In this document: positions 57,969-64,000 of the stretch, piece by piece
How positions within the stretch are numbered: the first letter of the stretch is position 1
Layout: each line of letters opens with the position of its first letter
Origin: Fluviicola sp.
Lineage (GTDB): Bacteria; Bacteroidota; Bacteroidia; Flavobacteriales_D; Crocinitomicaceae
Assembly: GCF_031260455.1 (NCBI RefSeq)
Contig: NZ_JAIRJW010000037.1
DNA length: 64,000 nt
Reading direction: 5' to 3' (one strand)
The notes under the pieces: generated by a model
Told to the model about the DNA's origin: nothing
Database searches by the model: none
Seen by the model: only the letters and a program-made list of their open reading frames with translations
Program-made: the position numbers and the translations under genes

Positions 57969-58982
57969 TTATGGAACTTCTATTCGCTGTAATAAACGTT
58001 CTATGATTTGTTCCGGCTTCACTCCTTCAGCTTCCGCTTCATAGTTCAGCCCGATCCGGTGGCGCAGTACATCCATCGCAACGGTACGTACGTCATCCGG
58101 GATAACGAAGCCACGCTGCTCCAAGAAAGCATTTGCCTTAGCTGCCAGTGCCAGGTTGATGGATGCTCTCGGCGATGCTCCGTAAAACAAATATTTCGAT
58201 ATTTCAGAAACGCCAGCAGTTGCGGGATTTCGTGTTGCATCTACAATATCTACGATATACCGTTCTACTTTTTCATCGAGATAAATAGAACGCGTTAATT
58301 TTTTTCCTTTGATCAGGTCGTCCGGATGCATCACATGCGATACTTTTTCAAGTCCTTCCGGGCGCACATTGGATCTGAGAATCAATTGTTCTTCCTGTTT
58401 GGACGGATATCCCATGAATACTTTCAGCATGAAACGGTCTATCTGGGCCTCCGGCAACGGGTACGTTCCCTCTTGTTCAATCGGATTTTGCGTTGCCAGC
58501 ACCAGAAACGGCTTCGGTAATGCATAGGTCGAATCTCCGATCGTAACCTGGCGTTCCTGCATGGCTTCCAGAAGCGCGGCCTGCACTTTTGCAGGAGCAC
58601 GGTTAATCTCATCAGCCAGTACAAAGTTGGCAAAGATAGGGCCTTTTTTAACAGCAAACTGTTCTGATTTCTGCTGGTAAATCAACGTTCCGGTAACGTC
58701 CGCAGGTAATAAGTCGGGAGTAAACTGAATGCGTGAAAAATCTGCCGATACCGCACTGGAAAGGGTTCGGATAGCCAATGTCTTCGCCAATCCGGGAACT
58801 CCTTCCAGGAGCACATGCCCGTCAGCCAATAATGCAATCAGCAAACTGCGAACCATGTTCTCCTGTCCGACAATTACTTTTCCGATTTCACGACGCAATA
58901 AATCATATTTCAGCCCTTCCGCTTTGATTTCATTTGCAATGACCTGCAACTGCTCGGAAGGAGATAAATCAGGTATACCCAT
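57969..58982 (-). CDS. moxR: MoxR-family AAA+ ATPase
   Basis: Walker A LLEGVPGLAKT, Walker B FVLADEINRA. 337 aa. Confidence 0.9.
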   Translation of the reverse strand: MGIPDLSPSEQLQVIANEIKAEGLKYDLLRREIGKVIVGQENMVRSLLIALLADGHVLLEGVPGLAKTLAIRTLSSAVSADFSRIQFTPDLLPADVTGTLIYQQKSEQFAVKKGPIFANFVLADEINRAPAKVQAALLEAMQERQVTIGDSTYALPKPFLVLATQNPIEQEGTYPLPEAQIDRFMLKVFMGYPSKQEEQLILRSNVRPEGLEKVSHVMHPDDLIKGKKLTRSIYLDEKVERYIVDIVDATRNPATAGVSEISKYLFYGASPRASINLALAAKANAFLEQRGFVIPDDVRTVAMDVLRHRIGLNYEAEAEGVKPEQIIERLLQRIEVP

Positions 58983-59077
58983 ATAGTTTCAGCCTAAGGC
59001 CGCAAATATGTAAAAGAATGTTCTTTGGGCTTTGCAATTGCTGTTAATTAATGTTAACATTGCCTCAATATTGAACT

Positions 59078-59440
59078 ATGGAAAAGCGGGTTTGCCTGGA
59101 ATGTGGTATGAAGTTAAGTGGTCGGAAGGATCAGAAGTTTTGTTCGGATTATTGCAGGAATACGCATAACAACCGACTGAATGAAGATGCCACGAAATAT
59201 GTGCGCCGGATTAACAACATTCTGCGGAAAAACCGGCGCATTCTAGCGGGCTTAAATCCAGACGGAAAGCGTACTGTGGATGCGATTACGCTCGCCGAAG
59301 AAGGATTTAATTTTCATTATTTCACGAACACATATCAGACTCAGAAGGGAAATACCTATTATTTCTGCTACGAACAGGGTTATTCCAAAATGGATAATGA
59401 TCAGTATATGCTGGTTTGGAAGCAGGATTATGTGAAGTAA
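59078..59440 (+). CDS. Hypothetical protein with an N-terminal zinc-ribbon-like CxxC...CxxxC motif
   Basis: MEKRVCLECGMKLSGRKDQKFCSDYCRNTHNN. Confidence 0.55.
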   Translation: MEKRVCLECGMKLSGRKDQKFCSDYCRNTHNNRLNEDATKYVRRINNILRKNRRILAGLNPDGKRTVDAITLAEEGFNFHYFTNTYQTQKGNTYYFCYEQGYSKMDNDQYMLVWKQDYVK

Positions 59441-59445
59441 GTCAA

Positions 59446-59486
59446 AAAATGCAAAATGCAAAATGCAAAATGCAAAATGCAAAATG
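59446..59486. repeat. Heptanucleotide tandem repeat (AAAATGC) x5 plus one partial copy
   Basis: Perfect copies at 59446, 59453, 59460, 59467 and 59474, and a partial copy at 59481-59486. Intergenic, about 63 nt upstream of the CDS at 59549. Confidence 0.9.
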
Positions 59487-59548
59487 TTCACTTAATTTTT
59501 AGAATGGGAAGTCATTTTTTGTTAACTTAAATAGAAAACATATAGATA

Positions 59549-59920
59549 ATGACTGAATACAAACCATTTGACATTAAAGAAAGATCTTTTTTATTTGCAT
59601 TAGATTGCCTCAGATTGTGCAAAACTATTTCGGATGATTATCAGGAGTTTATTATGACAAAGCAACTCTCAAGATCCGCTACTTCAGTAGGCGCAAATAT
59701 TCGGGAGGCTCAAAATGGAATTAGCAAGCGCGACTTTATTCACAAACTGACTATTTCTCAAAAAGAGTGTCATGAAAGCATATACTGGATTGAGCTCCTG
59801 AGTGCTTTTTTAGAATTAGAATCTCATGAAATTATGCGATTGCAAAAAGAAGCAAACGAATTATTGCTAATTCTAAGTTCCATCATAGTTAAATCCAGGA
59901 ATAGAATGCTTCCGGAATAA
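59549..59920 (+). CDS. Four-helix-bundle protein (so-called 23S rRNA intervening-sequence protein family)
   Basis: Family pattern ..QLSRSATSVGANIREAQ...SKRDFIHKL.IS.KE..E..YWIELL.. Confidence 0.75.
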   Translation: MTEYKPFDIKERSFLFALDCLRLCKTISDDYQEFIMTKQLSRSATSVGANIREAQNGISKRDFIHKLTISQKECHESIYWIELLSAFLELESHEIMRLQKEANELLLILSSIIVKSRNRMLPE

Positions 59921-59949
59921 GATTTTTGAATTCGAAAATTTTGAATTTC

Positions 59950-60327
59950 TCAGAGGTTCCACTTCTCCTTGAAGAGTTCCATTTTCGGGTGGTCTTTTAC
60001 GCCTTCGCAACCAATGAATAGTACATCTTTACATTTGGTGCGGTCAAAAAACAGGGAAAGGTGAGACAAAGCAACATTCATAGTTCCGCTCAGGTCAATT
60101 TTATGGATCGGTACCTGGTGAACTTCGAACAAGTCCCGTAATTCAGCAGCGCGTTTATCAAAATTGTGATTATCGTGAAAAATAACAACAGCATCAATTT
60201 TTTCAATCAGCTCATCATTTTCCTGAAACGGCAAAACCTGAAAGCCCAATCCTTCCAACCAGGAATTCACGGCATCAGCAAATGGTGTTTTGTCTTCGGT
60301 GTAAATGGTCTGAATATGTGTTATCAT
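59950..60327 (-). CDS. Hypothetical protein (125 aa)
   Basis: Clean ORF with an ATG start; no motif recognised. Confidence 0.45.
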   Translation of the reverse strand: MITHIQTIYTEDKTPFADAVNSWLEGLGFQVLPFQENDELIEKIDAVVIFHDNHNFDKRAAELRDLFEVHQVPIHKIDLSGTMNVALSHLSLFFDRTKCKDVLFIGCEGVKDHPKMELFKEKWNL

Positions 60328-60575
60328 TCTTACCCTAATTTGTTGTTTTTTGTTTTCTCTTTTTTAGCTAAAGAGTTTGCAAAAATACTGTAAACTTTCA
60401 GTAAACTCAGTTTAAAATTCAATTAATTACGCTTTTTATTTTTGTCTAGCAATTTAGATATATTACAATCAGCTGATTTTGAAATAACTAAAATACCCCT
60501 TGTGAAATTTGAAAAATACAATGCCCTTAACCAGAAATCCAGAAGTATATTTGCTAATTCGATTTAGGTCTTTGA

Positions 60576-61973
60576 CTATTTGTAACCCAAAATGTGCATA
60601 AAGTCATCAGCCGTTTGCTCGTATGAAAACAGTTCCGTTACGATTTTTCCGTATTCATCGCGTTGAATCAATACGTGTTTCGGCTCCGGGATCAGGCAAT
60701 GTTTCAACCCACCGAATCCACCAATTGTTTCCTGGTAAGCACCTGTATTAAAGAATCCAATATAGAGCGGTTTATTTTTATCAAATTTCGGAAGATAAAT
60801 TGCGTTGGAATGCTGTTCCGAGTTATAATAATCATCTGAATCACAAGTCAATCCACCCAAAAGCACCCGTTCGTAATCATCGTTCCAGCGGTTGATCGCC
60901 AACATAATGAAACGCTGGTTGATTGCCCAGGTATCCGGCAGGTTGGTCATGAAAGAACTATCGATCATATTCCACTTTTCCCGGTCATTCTGCTGTTTCT
61001 GATGCAGTACGTTAAAGATTGCACCACCACTTTCGCCAACAGTAAAAGATCCGAATTCAGTAAAAATGTTTGGCTCCGGAATATCGTTGTCGTTGCACAC
61101 GCGCTTCACCTGTATAAGTATTTCACGAACCATGTACGCATAATCAAAGTCAAAAGCCAGTGATTTCTTGATCGGAAAACCACCGCCGATATTCAGGGAA
61201 TCCAGCGTTGGACACACTTTTTTCAAGTCGGAATAAATTCTCAGGCACTTCGTCAGCTCGTTCCAGTAGTAGGATGTATCATTGATCCCGGTATTGATGA
61301 AAAAGTGAAGCATTTTGATCTGAACACGGGGATTGTCCTGGATAAATGCCTTGTAAAACGGAACTATTTCGCGGTAACGAATTCCCAGCCGCGAAGTATA
61401 AAATTCAAATTTCGGTTCTTCCTCCGATGCAATCCGGATTCCGATTTTCAGCTCATTTTCACCTGTTGCAGCAATCAGATCGTGGATTTCTGCCGTGTTA
61501 TCCACCACCGGGATTACATTCAAACGTTTATCATCGATCAGATCCGCCACATTCTGAATATATTTCGGAGGCTTGAACCCGTTGCAAATTACGTAGCTTC
61601 CTTCCTTCAGCTTTCCTGCATTCAGCAGATTCCTGACAATGTCAACATCAAATGCAGAAGACGTTTCAATGTGTACGTCATTCTTCAGGACTTCATCCAG
61701 CACGAAGGAAAAATGTGAGCTTTTTGTACAGTACGAATAATAGTAATTCCCTGAATATCCCAGGTTATTCATTGCCTCCCGGAACCAACCCTTAGCCCGC
61801 TGAATGTTATGAGATATCTGAGGCAGATAATTGAATTTTAAAGGAGTTCCGTATTCCTCAATTAATCGCATCAAATCAATACCGTGAAACATCAAACGAT
61901 CTTCTCTCAAGTGAAATTCATCTTGCGGGAAATCAAAAGTCTGATCGATAAGGTCAATGTATTTCGTTCTCAT
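60576..61973 (-). CDS. speA: PLP-dependent fold-III decarboxylase, arginine decarboxylase-like
   Basis: 465 aa with a YCTKSS Lys region and SLNIGGGFP motif, as in Orn/DAP/Arg decarboxylases. The length and N-terminus resemble flavobacterial arginine decarboxylases. Confidence 0.65.
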   Translation of the reverse strand: MRTKYIDLIDQTFDFPQDEFHLREDRLMFHGIDLMRLIEEYGTPLKFNYLPQISHNIQRAKGWFREAMNNLGYSGNYYYSYCTKSSHFSFVLDEVLKNDVHIETSSAFDVDIVRNLLNAGKLKEGSYVICNGFKPPKYIQNVADLIDDKRLNVIPVVDNTAEIHDLIAATGENELKIGIRIASEEEPKFEFYTSRLGIRYREIVPFYKAFIQDNPRVQIKMLHFFINTGINDTSYYWNELTKCLRIYSDLKKVCPTLDSLNIGGGFPIKKSLAFDFDYAYMVREILIQVKRVCNDNDIPEPNIFTEFGSFTVGESGGAIFNVLHQKQQNDREKWNMIDSSFMTNLPDTWAINQRFIMLAINRWNDDYERVLLGGLTCDSDDYYNSEQHSNAIYLPKFDKNKPLYIGFFNTGAYQETIGGFGGLKHCLIPEPKHVLIQRDEYGKIVTELFSYEQTADDFMHILGYK

Positions 61974-62341
61974 TCGCGCTACATAAAGTACTTTTCGTAC
62001 GGGATTTCAAAATAAAAGTTCAAAAAATACAATTATACTTTAAGTATAATCAGGGGCACAAATTTAGGGGAAAGATTCAGAAATGACTGGTAAAAAATCA
62101 AAAATTGTCTGTCAAAATCCGATTCATGCCATCCACATTTTCCGCACTTCCCCTTATGTGATTTCTCCCAGCATATAAACACTCTGATTGTCAATAATCA
62201 ACACTTTTAGTTCTGTGTCTTCTTTTACTGGAAATTTTAACCAAAGAATTGATTGTGTGGAAATACATACACCGGAAAAATGCCTGACAAGCGGATATTA
62301 ATAATTCATGGTACGAATGTAAACGGGATTCCAAAACCGGT

Positions 62342-62656
62342 TCAGGAATTTCTCAGCAAATGTTCAACCAGGCGGCTGGAACGATAGGAAGAATAGACCC
62401 CAAAGGCATTTACAACTACTCCTTTGATCGTGTTGTCACGCGAGGAAATGGCATAAACAATCATTTCATCTCCCGGATCCGTCATTCCTTCAAAGCGATA
62501 AACCTCATCGATTGAAAACTGCCCGGGAGACAATTCTGCGAAGGAAGAATCACAAACCAAGCATTCTTTTTCAGCTTCAAGCGAAAGGTTTGCCGTATAT
62601 CCACGCTGTTTCAGGTCATTCACCGCTTCACTTACCGTTTCATAATTCTGTGCCAT
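62342..62656 (-). CDS. Conserved hypothetical protein (104 aa)
   Basis: ORF with an ATG start; no catalytic motif recognised. Confidence 0.45.
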   Translation of the reverse strand: MAQNYETVSEAVNDLKQRGYTANLSLEAEKECLVCDSSFAELSPGQFSIDEVYRFEGMTDPGDEMIVYAISSRDNTIKGVVVNAFGVYSSYRSSRLVEHLLRNS

Positions 62657-62735
62657 TGTTCTTTTTTTGATTCTTCATTAAAGATATGGAAAAGATTTCA
62701 TCCATCGGAGTTAAGACAGTTTAAATCAGGCAAAA

Positions 62736-63101
62736 TCACTTGCCCGATTTATTATCACTTAAGAATTCTTTGATCAAAACCGGTGGTCTTCCGATAATTG
62801 CTTTTGTACCTTGCACAATAACTGGTCGTTCGATCAATACTGGGTTTTTCACCATCACTTTGATCCATTCTTCCGGCGACTTTTTCTTGTCTTTGTATTT
62901 CTCTTTGTAAAGATCCTCGCTTTTTCGAATGAGATCAACCGGCTTAATGTTCAGCATGCGAATCAATTCTGTCAGTTCCTCCTCGTCCGGAGTATCTTTC
63001 AGGTATTCCCTGATTTCCACGTCAACTCCTTCTTCCATGAGTAAACACAGTGCTTCCCGACTTTTGGAACAGCGCGGATTGTGGTATATAATTGTTTTCA
63101 T
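62736..63101 (-). CDS. ArsC/Spx/YffB-family (glutaredoxin-like arsenate reductase family) protein
   Basis: N-terminal IYHNPRCSKSREAL motif; 121 aa. Confidence 0.75.
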   Translation of the reverse strand: MKTIIYHNPRCSKSREALCLLMEEGVDVEIREYLKDTPDEEELTELIRMLNIKPVDLIRKSEDLYKEKYKDKKKSPEEWIKVMVKNPVLIERPVIVQGTKAIIGRPPVLIKEFLSDNKSGK

Positions 63102-63195
63102 TTTTTTAAGACATCAGACTTTTAGACGAAAGACTCAAGACAAATACAGACTGAACAGGAATTCAAGCCTTTTGTCCTAAGTCTATGGTCTTTTA

Positions 63196-64000
63196 TTAAT
63201 TACCATACATCATCAGATAAGATTTCAAAAAGGGAAGCAAATCGCCATCTAATACTTTATCCGGATCGTTCACTGTATAATCTGTCCGGTGATCTTTTAC
63301 GCGCCGGTCATCCAGAACGTAGCTTCTGATCTGGGATCCCCATTCGATTTTTTTCTTACCTGCTTCAATTTGCTCTCTGGATTCGGCACGTTTGCGCAAT
63401 TCGATTTCGTATAACTGAGAACGCAACAACTGCATGGCTTTTTCCTTATTGGCCAGCTGGGAACGCGATTCGGAGTTTTCGATGATAATCCCGGACGGAG
63501 CGTGACGCAGACGAACAGCCGTTTCGACCTTGTTTACATTCTGTCCCCCGGCACCACCTGAACGAAAGGTTTCAAAAGTAATATCCGCAGGATTGACATA
63601 AATTTCAATTGTATCGTCTACAGACGGGTAAACATACACCGAAGCAAAGGATGTCATTCGTTTTCCCTGTGAGTTGTAGGGACTCACACGCACCAGGCGG
63701 TGAATTCCGTTTTCTCCTTTCAGGTAACCGAATGCGAATTCCCCTTCAATTTCCAGCGTAACGGTTTTAATTCCTGCCACATCACCTTCCTGGAAGTTTA
63801 GCTCTTTAACTTTGTATCCGCTTTTTTCAGCCCACATCAAATACATCCGCATCAGCATTCCCGCCCAGTCACAGGCTTCCGTTCCACCAGCTCCGGCAGT
63901 AATCTGAAGCACCGCACTCAGGGCATCTTCTTCTCCCGAAAGCATGTTTTTCAACTCTACTTCTTCCACCGTGTTCACCAGGCTTTTATAGGCCTCATCA
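63196..64000 (-). CDS. prfB: Peptide chain release factor 2, 5'-truncated by the window edge
   Basis: GGQ motif ([18 protein letters not shown]), SPY/SPF-type tripeptide region ([15 protein letters not shown]) and [14 protein letters not shown]. The frame stays open upstream of the GTG at 63978 to the window end. Confidence 0.9.
   Translation of the reverse strand, partial: DEAYKSLVNTVEEVELKNMLSGEEDALSAVLQITAGAGGTEACDWAGMLMRMYLMWAEKSGYKVKELNFQEGDVAGIKTVTLEIEGEFAFGYLKGENGIHRLVRVSPYNSQGKRMTSFASVYVYPSVDDTIEIYVNPADITFETFRSGGAGGQNVNKVETAVRLRHAPSGIIIENSESRSQLANKEKAMQLLRSQLYEIELRKRAESREQIEAGKKKIEWGSQIRSYVLDDRRVKDHRTDYTVNDPDKVLDGDLLPFLKSYLMMYGN

Noticed and set aside
63196-64000. Programmed +1 frameshift expected in prfB
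   Set aside because: The canonical frameshift site is near codon 25-26, which lies beyond the right edge of the window. Only the post-shift body of RF2 is visible, so nothing can be claimed here.
1-64000. Search for tRNA, rRNA, CRISPR arrays, transposases or integrases flanking the two AT-rich insertions
   Set aside because: I found no cloverleaf-like or rRNA-like sequence, no regularly spaced direct repeats, and no ORF with DDE or tyrosine/serine recombinase motifs. The many short overlapping ORFs in the track are mirror-frame artefacts of the long genes.

Overview
The window reads as a Bacteroidota (Flavobacteriia-like) chromosome segment. Supporting this are type IX secretion C-terminal sorting domains, a MoxR/DUF58/BatA-D aerotolerance operon, a 14-gene nuo operon with a short NuoG, and TAnnTTTG-type -7 promoter boxes. 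Most of it is ordinary core genome: a GH16 glucanase, a PpiD-like chaperone, a DUF255 thioredoxin-fold protein, an MBOAT+SGNH O-acylation cassette, lipB, hppD/hmgA, tdh, nuoA-N, serS, rplU/rpmA, speA-like, an arsC-family gene and partial prfB. Two AT-rich accessory insertions stand out. (1) At about 22.5-30.3 kb there is a RiPP-type cluster on the minus strand. It has four tandem 64-76 aa precursor genes with double-glycine leaders (L-V/I-G-G-F-S) and Cys/Asn/Gly-rich cores. These are followed by a radical SAM/SPASM maturase, a TonB-dependent-receptor-like outer-membrane barrel and a C39-peptidase ABC exporter. A divergent XRE regulator sits behind an array of GTTGTA-N3-TACAAC palindromes. (2) At about 44.5-46.2 kb a tightly coupled three-gene module (GHKL ATPase, STAS-like DUF4325 protein, PIN nuclease) is wedged between a TPR gene and nuoA. 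It is a candidate partner-switching-controlled toxin or defence system. Other points are a frame-interrupted M4 metalloprotease with a protease-less paralog sharing a near-identical T9SS tail, a highly structured ~400 nt leader, a 7-bp tandem repeat, and an unlisted 57-aa membrane ORF. I saw no rRNA, tRNA, CRISPR array or transposase. All functional calls come from motif recognition by eye; no database search was run.
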